This document shows, one piece after another, positions 38,399 to 46,633 of a DNA stretch of 64,000 nucleotides (position 1 is the stretch's first letter; every line of letters starts with the position of its first letter). This DNA comes from a virus (Duplodnaviria > Caudoviricetes). The position numbers and the translations under genes are program-made. The DNA lies in the IMG/VR virus record IMGVR_UViG_3300037424_000723, positions 13,331 to 77,330 of that record. One strand, written 5' to 3'. Below the pieces are notes generated by a model. That model was not told where the DNA came from. It did no database searches and was given only the letters and a program-made list of their open reading frames with translations.

Positions 38399-39139
38399 AT
38401 GTCAACTTCAAAGCTACAAAAACAGGTAAAGCAGCAATTGTTTAATTATTTTTACCATTACCACATTGAAGAAAATTACCGTCCCGATTGGCTTATGTAT
38501 CAAAACGGCAACAACCTAGAGATTGATTTTTACATAGAAAGATTAAGCGTAGCAATTGAAGTGCAAGGTGAGCAACACTTTATTTACAGTCCGTTTTTTC
38601 ATAATAGCTATGATGATTTTATAGCCCAGACGAATCGGGATAAATTCAAGAAAAATATCTGCCAAGAAAAGGGTATAGTTTTTATAGAAATATCATCCCC
38701 AAGTCAGATAGATAGATGTCTTGAAAAACTACTATTGATTGAAAATAACCCAAAGGAACTAAGTCACGCATTGTTTGATAAAAAACTAAAATCAATGGTA
38801 AATGCCTTATCAAAAAGTGAACAATGCTATTTTAATTTCAATGGGATATGCAAGACGTATGAAGAAATAAAGCCCTTACTTAAAGACTACAAAAGCATGC
38901 ATGGAGACACACCTGAAAGAAGAGAACTAAGAATCCTTATCGGGCGCAAATTATCCAAAATAAACTCAAAACTAATTCATCTTAAAAAATCTAAAAACGA
39001 TAACGAGGTATCCGGTCTAGCTAAAGAATTATGGGACAAATTAAACAGTACCGGAATGTTTTTTGTATTCAAAAAATTCAAACCAAAACGCCCCGACAAA
39101 TCTGAGAGTAACTTTTTCTCTCAGTTGATTTACAAGTAA
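38399..39139 (+). CDS. PD-(D/E)XK-type endonuclease, AT-rich insertion
   Basis: YRPDWL...LEIDFYIERLSVAIEVQGEQH...DKFKKNIC. Confidence 0.8.
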   Translation: MSTSKLQKQVKQQLFNYFYHYHIEENYRPDWLMYQNGNNLEIDFYIERLSVAIEVQGEQHFIYSPFFHNSYDDFIAQTNRDKFKKNICQEKGIVFIEISSPSQIDRCLEKLLLIENNPKELSHALFDKKLKSMVNALSKSEQCYFNFNGICKTYEEIKPLLKDYKSMHGDTPERRELRILIGRKLSKINSKLIHLKKSKNDNEVSGLAKELWDKLNSTGMFFVFKKFKPKRPDKSESNFFSQLIYK

Positions 39140-39983
39140 GGGCGTTTTTTATTTCCTGCAAAGGGTAGATAAATGACAAAAAGCATCTGGCTCGAAAATG
39201 GTATTCATATGGATTTATCGGATGATGCCACCGCTGAAGATGTAGCCACTATCAAGGCATATGCCGATAAATTGATAGTAGAGACACGCAAGCGCAAAGC
39301 GGCATTTAATCACGCCTGGGAAGCTGCACAGGCAACGGGTGACAAAGAAGCGGCCTGGAAGTGGTTCGATACCGGCTGTGATTGGATAAGCCAGAGGCAG
39401 GCACAATGAGCCTCATTAAAAAGCTATTCCGCACTCCCGCCCCTAAGCCCCGCCGCACTTGCAGCCCATTCGCCGGTATGTCAACGGGTGCGAGGTTGGA
39501 TGCCTGCCTGCTGCTGGGTTGGTATGATCCGCGAATATTCGAGGGATGGTGAGTGATGACACTTAACGAAAAGATCAAATCCATTATGGATGATGTTGAA
39601 AAAATCAAGGGCGCTGAGTTTTGTGTACCTGATAACAATTGTGGCGTGTTCGTTTTGCCGAATGGGGAACACATAGAAATATGTGGCGGCGATTTACTGA
39701 TTGCCCTGTGCCAACTTTTGGGCATCAAAATAGAATGGGATTTGGGGTGATGGGCATCTGGCAACTCAAAGTTGAGGATTGACTATGGCAACGAAAGGAT
39801 AACCAACAATGAACCAACCGCAATACCCACCAATCAACCTATCCTCTGAGCTTACCCAAGCTCTGGCAATGGAGGAATACCACCGAGATCAACTCATCTG
39901 GTGGAAGTCACGCCGGGAATTTTTAGAAACACAACTACCCATCAATAACCCCTTTTACGACTTTATACAGGAGATTCCCGACA

Positions 39984-40907
39984 ATGACAACACAGAGACT
40001 ATCAAGGGCTGATATTGCATCTCTACCGAATTACAAATCCAAAGGCAAAACGGAGAAAGAGTTTAGCTCTGCCTGCCCTCAATGCGGTGGGGTTGACCGT
40101 TTTTTGTACTGGCCGGATAAAGGTAATTTTTATTGTCGGCGCTGTGAGTTGTCAGGATTCGTTTTAGAGACTGACCAACGCTTAATAACTGATGAGCAAC
40201 GTGAAGCCTGGAAAAGAGCTAACAACGAGCGCAGACTAAAGGATATAGAGGCGCGGTTATCGGCCATAGAACGGTTGCAAAAGCAGGTTGACCGCGTTCA
40301 TTGGTATCATAGCCAGGTAAGTCAGGCCCTTGACTACTGGTATTCACAGGGGTTACAGGACAGCACAATTGAGGCGTTTTGTCTGGGATATTGTCCAGCC
40401 TGCCCTATTGAGCCAGAATCGCCCTCGTATGTCATCCCCTATTTTCAGTCCAAGCAGTTAATCAATTTGCGCCACAGATTGCAATTCCCGAATGGGCACG
40501 GCAAGTATCGCCCTGAGTTTGCCGGCCTGGGTAATCAGATTTTTAACCTTGATACGCTCAGTATTGATTTCGACTTTGGACTACTTGATGAAAATGAAGT
40601 GGTGATCGTGGAGGGTGAAGTCAAAACAATGGTACTCGAACAGGCCGGATTTAAGACCGTTGGCATACCTGGGGCGAATAGTTGGCAGGAAGATTGGGGC
40701 AAGGCCCTAAAGGGCATTAGTCGGGCTTATGTCTGCCTTGACCCTGGTACCAATGGGCAAGCCGATAAAATAGCAATGTCACTCAAGGGATACAACATAG
40801 AAGGGTTAGTATGTCGAGTGCCCGTTAAGCCGGATGACATGCTCACACTCTACGGTGGTAGTCCAATGGACTTATTAGGATTCATTAAACAGGGACGGCG
40901 GGTTTGA
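39984..40907 (+). CDS. DNA primase (Zn finger + TOPRIM)
   Basis: CPQCGGVDRF...CRRC, IVEGEVKT and CLDPG. Confidence 0.85.
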   Translation: MTTQRLSRADIASLPNYKSKGKTEKEFSSACPQCGGVDRFLYWPDKGNFYCRRCELSGFVLETDQRLITDEQREAWKRANNERRLKDIEARLSAIERLQKQVDRVHWYHSQVSQALDYWYSQGLQDSTIEAFCLGYCPACPIEPESPSYVIPYFQSKQLINLRHRLQFPNGHGKYRPEFAGLGNQIFNLDTLSIDFDFGLLDENEVVIVEGEVKTMVLEQAGFKTVGIPGANSWQEDWGKALKGISRAYVCLDPGTNGQADKIAMSLKGYNIEGLVCRVPVKPDDMLTLYGGSPMDLLGFIKQGRRV

Positions 40908-41134
40908 GGGTTGCAATTTTAGGGGATAGGTGATATAATGGATTTAATTAAATCGTATCCAATTGAGATACAAAACCAATGCCATTTAACCCTTTGGCCG
41001 GGGTTGGCTAGGTAACGATAGCGCAAACAGCACTCCTGTTTTTATATGGGTGTTGGATTTGTAAGCAGTTTTTGCGCTATCGTTATGCTTACAAGGCCAG
41101 CCAACATCCGTATAAGAATGGGAGTTTTTTTATT

Positions 41135-41848
41135 GTGATAACCGACCTGCAAGAAATCAAGAACTTTGATAGTGATTTAGTAAAACTGAATACGGGCATT
41201 GATGAGCAAAAAATTATTATCAATGACGCAAAGGAAAGAGTTGCAAATCTAAAAAAAGAAATTCAGACTACGGCCTTTACCGCTATGCTTGAAGCAATGA
41301 AAAAGCACCCTGACAAGATACTGGCAATTACCTGGCATTTTTACTGGTGTGCCTCAGAGATAACCACCACTACTATATACAATGCTTTAAGTATGGTTTT
41401 ATCTCAAGACAAAGCCAAGCAGTCAATGGCTATGGCTAAAGACCTGGCTAGTATGGATATACGTTGCTCAGAATGTAGCAAGGTATGGACTGTAAAAGTA
41501 ACCAGTCGAAATGATTATCAAACCAAACTCAATTCACAGCGATATATAACATGTGATGAGTGTAAAGAGAAACAACATAAAGCCTATGAGATTCAACGGG
41601 CTACTATTCAAAACCGACTATATCAACTCAAGACAATGCCATATCAAGAGTATCTACAAACCGATGAATGGAAAGAAACCAGACTAAAGGCACTGAAGCG
41701 AGCCGACTTCAAGTGTCAGGTATGCAATAGACCCGATAAATTAAATGTTCACCACAGAACCTATGAAAACCGAGGCAATGAACAAAACAGAGACTTAACC
41801 GTACTGTGTGAAGATTGCCATAAACTTTATCACTTTGGAAAGGATTAG
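41135..41848 (+). CDS. HNH endonuclease
   Basis: MPYQEYLQTDEW...CQVC...LNVHHRTY...LTVLCEDCH. Probable GTG start after GGGAG. Confidence 0.88.
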   Translation: MITDLQEIKNFDSDLVKLNTGIDEQKIIINDAKERVANLKKEIQTTAFTAMLEAMKKHPDKILAITWHFYWCASEITTTTIYNALSMVLSQDKAKQSMAMAKDLASMDIRCSECSKVWTVKVTSRNDYQTKLNSQRYITCDECKEKQHKAYEIQRATIQNRLYQLKTMPYQEYLQTDEWKETRLKALKRADFKCQVCNRPDKLNVHHRTYENRGNEQNRDLTVLCEDCHKLYHFGKD

Positions 41849-41850
41849 TC

Positions 41851-42675
41851 ATGAGCGGCATAATCAGAATCGAAAAGAACAAGAATTACTCAGTAGTCAG
41901 CAATGTACCAGCAAACGATGACAAACTATCTTGGGAGGCGCGGGGCATCCTTTACTACTTGCTAACTAAACCCGATGGGTGGGAATGTCGCAATCAGGAC
42001 TTAATCAACAAAGGGCCGGCAGGGGGTGACAAGATTGAACGCATTATAGATGAGCTACAGGAACATGGTTATATCACCCGTCAACGATACCAGAAAGAAG
42101 ATGGCACATTTGATTGGGTGACTACTATCCACGAAATGCCAGTTGAACCAGAGGAAACGGTTAAAGAGCGAATAGCCAAAAAGCGAGCTACCTCTCTTGA
42201 GAAAAACCGTAGACGGGCAGCCCGTCGTAAGGGTTTAACCATAGGGGTGTTACCCACTGATGGTTCACCCACTAATGGAGAACACCCCCATATAGTAATT
42301 ACTAAATCAGTAATTAATAAAAAGAAGATTACGATTAAAAATCAAAAGGTTGAATTAGGGCCAATCGCCAAGAAACTGCTGTCTATCTGTTGTCTCAATG
42401 AGGACAGACTAACTAAGAGGCAGGGGGAATACCTAAAAGAAGCGCTTGAAATATTGATACATAAGATAAATGTAACTGAGGCCCAACTCGCCCAATTTGA
42501 CCTATTTTGGAGGCAATCCTGGCGCAAGGGCAGCCCGCCGACATTACTCCAAGTGCCTGAGCTATGGGGTGAGTTTGAACAGTGGCAAGTCAACCCCCTC
42601 CCCCCACCCAATGGCAAGCAAACCGGGCCCAACATCCAAACCATTAACGGAAGGAATACATTGGTAATAAACTGA
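41851..42675 (+). CDS. Replication initiator / replisome organizer (wHTH)
   Basis: YSVVSN...LSWEARGILYYLLTKPDGW...ELQEHGY; located before DnaB. Confidence 0.8.
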   Translation: MSGIIRIEKNKNYSVVSNVPANDDKLSWEARGILYYLLTKPDGWECRNQDLINKGPAGGDKIERIIDELQEHGYITRQRYQKEDGTFDWVTTIHEMPVEPEETVKERIAKKRATSLEKNRRRAARRKGLTIGVLPTDGSPTNGEHPHIVITKSVINKKKITIKNQKVELGPIAKKLLSICCLNEDRLTKRQGEYLKEALEILIHKINVTEAQLAQFDLFWRQSWRKGSPPTLLQVPELWGEFEQWQVNPLPPPNGKQTGPNIQTINGRNTLVIN

Positions 42676-43670
42676 TGCTACAAATAGACCACAAAAAGCT
42701 AAACCAGATAACCAAAAATGGATCGTTATTTTTATTCTCACCCGCAGAGGCAGCTACCTACTATGTGCAGGATGTAGAGGAATTATTAGCCGCCCCGGTG
42801 ATAGATTGGGGAGCCAGGTCACTAGATTCCAATATCACCCCAATGCGACCCGGTGAGCAGCCTACCTACGTGATAGCCCGGCCCGGTAACGGCAAAACGT
42901 CTTGGATGATTTACATGGCCCGTCGCCATGCTATGCGGATCACAGAACCTAAAAAATGTGTCATCTATGTCACCTGGGAAGAAACGGTAGAATCAATAGA
43001 GATGAGCATACAGGCCGGCGTAGACTATACCTCTGAGCAAGTGGCATGGGGAACGGTAGATATTGAGGCCGTGAAGCGCAATGCGGTTAAACGCGCCAAC
43101 CTGCCTATATTTATCATCGGCCAGTCGGCGGTTAAAGACAGAGACAAACGCAAACCCCCGATGACCTTAGAGCGCGTCTATGATACCATCCTGGCCTTAT
43201 ACTATGAGTTTGGAATTGAGCCGGTATTGATCTGCTTTGACTACCTGCAAAAGATACCCATTGAGCGTGCCAAAACCAGAATTGATGAAGTAACCGAGGC
43301 TGTATTCAAAACATCAGAATTAACCAAGATTATCAGAAGTCCGATATTGGTAGGCGCACAGGCCACCCGTGATGTAGATGACCAGGGCTTACCCATTCCA
43401 ACTCTGGCCGGCGCACAGTGGACAAGCTCAATTGAGCAAGAGGCTTTTAGGATGATCGGTCTACTCAGGCCGATAACCGTAGCCCCCAAGAATGGCGTAC
43501 CTTTGCAAACCATCACGGTAGACAACCGAGAATATACGGTAGACAAAAACCTAATGCTTTTGAGACTACTTAAGCAGAGAAAATACTTCCCCGCTAAATC
43601 AATCTATCCTGTACACTTTAAGCCTGATTTATTTGAGTTGTCAGATTATCAGATAATGGGATTGGATTAA
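42675..43670 (+). CDS. DnaB-like replicative helicase
   Basis: ARPGNGKTS, FDYLQ, GAQATR and SSIEQEA. Confidence 0.88.
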   Translation: MLQIDHKKLNQITKNGSLFLFSPAEAATYYVQDVEELLAAPVIDWGARSLDSNITPMRPGEQPTYVIARPGNGKTSWMIYMARRHAMRITEPKKCVIYVTWEETVESIEMSIQAGVDYTSEQVAWGTVDIEAVKRNAVKRANLPIFIIGQSAVKDRDKRKPPMTLERVYDTILALYYEFGIEPVLICFDYLQKIPIERAKTRIDEVTEAVFKTSELTKIIRSPILVGAQATRDVDDQGLPIPTLAGAQWTSSIEQEAFRMIGLLRPITVAPKNGVPLQTITVDNREYTVDKNLMLLRLLKQRKYFPAKSIYPVHFKPDLFELSDYQIMGLD

Positions 43671-44014
43671 TGAATCACGCCCCCGCTTATCACCGTTACC
43701 TCTACACCTGGCAATGGCGTTTCCGGCGCCGGCTGCGGCTGCTATGGGCCGGCCACAAGTGCGAGAATTGCGGCAGTCGCAAGGGCTTACAGGCGCATCA
43801 CCTAACATATGAGCGCCTTTATCATGAGCGCATATCCGATTTACAAATATTGTGCGAGGTATGTCACCCGCTAGCAGATGCCCAGCGCAGGTATGACAAA
43901 GCACTTCAAACCTATTGCGTCAAGCGATGGGGGCCGATGTGGGTACAAGTTGTTAGGCCAGATGAGGCTAAGGCGGAATTTGATAAGTGGTTGACAACAA
44001 AACAGGAGCAATAG
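43670..44014 (+). CDS. Small HNH endonuclease
   Basis: CENCG...QAHHLTY...LQILCEVCH. Confidence 0.85.
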   Translation: MNHAPAYHRYLYTWQWRFRRRLRLLWAGHKCENCGSRKGLQAHHLTYERLYHERISDLQILCEVCHPLADAQRRYDKALQTYCVKRWGPMWVQVVRPDEAKAEFDKWLTTKQEQ

Positions 44015-44016
44015 AA

Positions 44017-44595
44017 ATGAAAACCATCCTCTCTCTTTTTGATTATTCCGGCAATTGGTCTAAGCCATACCGGGAGGCTGGTTACAATGTCATTCAGGTA
44101 GACATCAAACTTGGTATTGATATTCTCACCTTTGATTATCAGGCCATCCCGGAAATTTACGGAATCCTGTGCGCTGTGCCTTGCACTGATTTTGCTGTAA
44201 GCGGAGCGCGTTGGTTTGCTGAAAAGGATAAGGATGGCAGAACTGAATTGAGCATTAGCCTAGTTAAAAAGTCTCTTGAGATTATCAATTACTTTAATCC
44301 GGTATTTTGGGCATTGGAAAATCCAGTAGGTAGGATAGCCAGATTAGTACCGGAGTTGGGTAAGACGAGTCTGATTTTTCAGCCATGTGATTATGGCGAT
44401 GCCTATCGCAAGCGCACATGCTTATGGGGTAAATTTAATCATCCCATCAAAAACCCAGTTGAGCCATTGGGTATTCGTAAGGGTCAACCCGATGAATGGT
44501 ACTCTAAAATGGGCGGCAAAAGTGAAAAGACAAAAGCTTATCGCAGTCAAACCCCGTTAAAGTTTGCACAAGCCTTTTATGAGGCAAATCAATAA
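44017..44595 (+). CDS. Short C5-cytosine DNA methyltransferase
   Basis: LSLFDYSG, AVPCTDF, ALENPVG and KRTCLWG. Start at MKTILS. Confidence 0.82.
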   Translation: MKTILSLFDYSGNWSKPYREAGYNVIQVDIKLGIDILTFDYQAIPEIYGILCAVPCTDFAVSGARWFAEKDKDGRTELSISLVKKSLEIINYFNPVFWALENPVGRIARLVPELGKTSLIFQPCDYGDAYRKRTCLWGKFNHPIKNPVEPLGIRKGQPDEWYSKMGGKSEKTKAYRSQTPLKFAQAFYEANQ

Positions 44596-44613
44596 TTCCC
44601 CCATAACAAAAAT

Positions 44614-44641
44614 AGAGCCTACTCGTTATTGAGTAGGCTCT
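44614..44641 (-). terminator. Intrinsic terminator for leftward transcription
   Basis: AGAGCCTACTC-gttatt-GAGTAGGCTCT with a U-run on the minus strand. Confidence 0.75.
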
Positions 44642-45033
44642 CCCCAAGAAACCTAAAACCTAGTGATAAAAAATTACCCCCGGTCAAGCGGGCCGGTACG
44701 CTTTTGTCACCTATAGTGGGCTAGGCTACATTAGACAATAACACGCACGTATAAAGAAATCCTCATTCTTCAACTTAAGTTTTGCCACAGTTTATTAGCC
44801 TGTCACCTCGCTTTCTTAGTTTCAAAGGTGAGCGCTTATTACTTCTGACTGTCGCCTGTTTGGGCCGTTGGTAAGTACGCTCGGTGATACGCACCTATTG
44901 ATAAACAGCGGGCCGGATTCGATTCCGGCTTGATCCTTTCACGCGATTCAGGGTTTACGTGTTCCCTCGCGTCCGTTCAGGTAGCACACGTTCCGATACC
45001 TACGATTCCTAACATCGCTGCCGCTGCTTATTC

Positions 45034-45537
45034 CTAAATATGAGACCAGGTTCTTTTACTTATTACATAGCATATAGTAACCTGGGTTACATTAAAGATA
45101 ACCGATAATTCTTTTGATGTATATTTTTTATCCTGATAGAACTTTCTAATTTGCAAGACCTGCTCTGGGTTTAATTTTGCGGTAGGAGTTTTGTTTCTAT
45201 TTATAAATTCTGGTATTCTTCTACCTTTTTTGATGGCATCTTGATTATTATCTTTATGAGTACCCAAGAATAAATGAGACGGATTGATACATTTGCGATT
45301 ATCACAGGTATGACAAACTAATATATCAATCGGTAAATCAATATCATTGGCTAAACTATATGCTACCCTTGAGGCAGTAATAAGATTACCGTCTACCCAA
45401 AATCTACCGTATCCTGAATTACCTACTTTTCCTTGCCATTCCCAACATTCATCAGGATTACCAATTTTTACTTTAGACCAAAATCTATTTATTTGGTCTT
45501 TACTTAATTTAGGTATATTTCTAATTTTTAATTTCAT
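45034..45537 (-). CDS. HNH endonuclease
   Basis: CWEWQG, GYG, ASRVAY and VCHTCDNRKCINPSHL. Confidence 0.92.
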   Translation of the reverse strand: MKLKIRNIPKLSKDQINRFWSKVKIGNPDECWEWQGKVGNSGYGRFWVDGNLITASRVAYSLANDIDLPIDILVCHTCDNRKCINPSHLFLGTHKDNNQDAIKKGRRIPEFINRNKTPTAKLNPEQVLQIRKFYQDKKYTSKELSVIFNVTQVTICYVISKRTWSHI

Positions 45538-45680
45538 TATTCACTTTTTAATGGGCCGGTAAATCCAATGTTTCTAGCCGACGGTTCTCTGGCGCTTTTG
45601 CGCCCTTGACATTCTGGCATAGTCGCCAGGGGATTTACCAGCCCAGTCAGCCCTTGCGGGTTGTGACCTTATTCATAATC

Positions 45681-45713
45681 GTTTCAATCCACGCCCCCCG
45701 TGTGGGTTGTGAC
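45681..45713 (-). CRISPR. Solitary type I-C-like CRISPR repeat, with a degenerate second copy at about 45635-45667
   Basis: GTCACAACCCACACGGGGGGCGTGGATTGAAAC. Then 13 nt later GTCACAACCCGCAAGGGCTGAC. No cas genes in the window. Confidence 0.65.
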
Positions 45714-45995
45714 CGGACTCCAATATGAACGATGTTTTGCCGATTGCCGCCATTCAACACGAGGGCCAAAACAATTAAAGCAGATGAATAAAAAACCCCT
45801 ACTTTCACCCATGTGGCCGTAGGTTTTAATCTGTCTGCCTTCGTTGTTTTGCCCACAATTCCGGCAAACATTTATTTGGGTTTTTTCTCGCTCATCAGTT
45901 ATGACGATCATAATAACCCTGTTGTTAAACTTTGCCAGCGCATGCCGCTTAAGCGTACACTTACCCCTCACTGGCTTGTAACCGTTTTTTAGCAC
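45684..45995 (-). CDS. Small Zn-finger protein whose stop codon lies in the CRISPR-like repeat
   Basis: CRNC...CFNC; ends SPVTTHTGGVD*. Confidence 0.55.
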   Translation of the reverse strand: MLKNGYKPVRGKCTLKRHALAKFNNRVIMIVITDEREKTQINVCRNCGQNNEGRQIKTYGHMGESRGFLFICFNCFGPRVEWRQSAKHRSYWSPVTTHTGGVD

Positions 45996-46422
45996 TAGGC
46001 TGGGTACAGTACGGTCAAACCCGCCGTTATTGGTCAGTCCGGTTTATCTGATCTTATCGGAGATAACGGCCCATTGGCCCTTTCTTCACTTCCCGTTTTT
46101 CCTAATATTGCAAGGCGGCCCAGGTACGGGATAAGCGACCTGTATTTTGCCCTAACTCGGCAATACTTCCCACTTCATATCCGATGAGTTTGTGTGACAC
46201 TAGGGCCATAATCATTGCGCCGATTACCCCCGGCGTTGGGGTTTGCCTCACTAAACCGTTTAGCCCATATAGAGCCTTGCGTCTACCCGTGCGTGATTAG
46301 CACGTAGCAAGTTATCACGGTTTATGAAGCTGTTAAGTTGGCTCAATTATTGCCTGTTCTTTTCGGGCGGTCTATCAATGATGCCATTTCCCTAAAGCGG
46401 TCTAATGATTAAGCCTGAAAAC

Positions 46423-46451
46423 AGTATAACCGATAATGGATTGAATTGCAA
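46423..46451 (-). promoter_or_regulatory. Leftward promoter for the Zn-finger/repeat/HNH transcript
   Basis: TTGCAA-17-TATACT with the ATCGGT discriminator motif. Confidence 0.7.
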
Positions 46452-46563
46452 TACTTTTTTGATTAAGAAAACTTAAAATTAAGCAAACTCATAAAAATAT
46501 GCTTGCATTTTTAATTCAGGTATGTTAATATTAGGTATCTTAATTTTCGAGGTATCAATGACA

Positions 46564-46605
46564 TCCTCCCCTGACAAGATGTCAGGGGTTTCCGACAGCC
46601 GGAAC
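46564..46605 (+). repeat. Twin-hairpin repeat, copy 1
   Basis: tcctCCCCTGACaagatGTCAGGGGtTTCCGacagcCGGAA. Confidence 0.75.
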
Positions 46606-46633
46606 TTATTTACAAAACGAGGCATAGCGTAGC

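Noticed and set aside
44862-44950. tRNA gene
   Set aside because: A T-arm-like hairpin is present, but the acceptor stem pairs poorly, the G53-C61 pair is missing, the D-arm is unclear and there is no CCA.
44600-45640. Group I intron hosting the HNH gene
   Set aside because: No recognisable P7/R/S elements and no interrupted host gene on either side.
45635-45713. Functional CRISPR array
   Set aside because: Only one full repeat and one degenerate copy, with a 13-nt spacer and no cas genes. Kept only as a solitary-repeat candidate. I found no convincing spacer target in the window; GATTATGA at about 13596 is just 8 nt with no TTC PAM.
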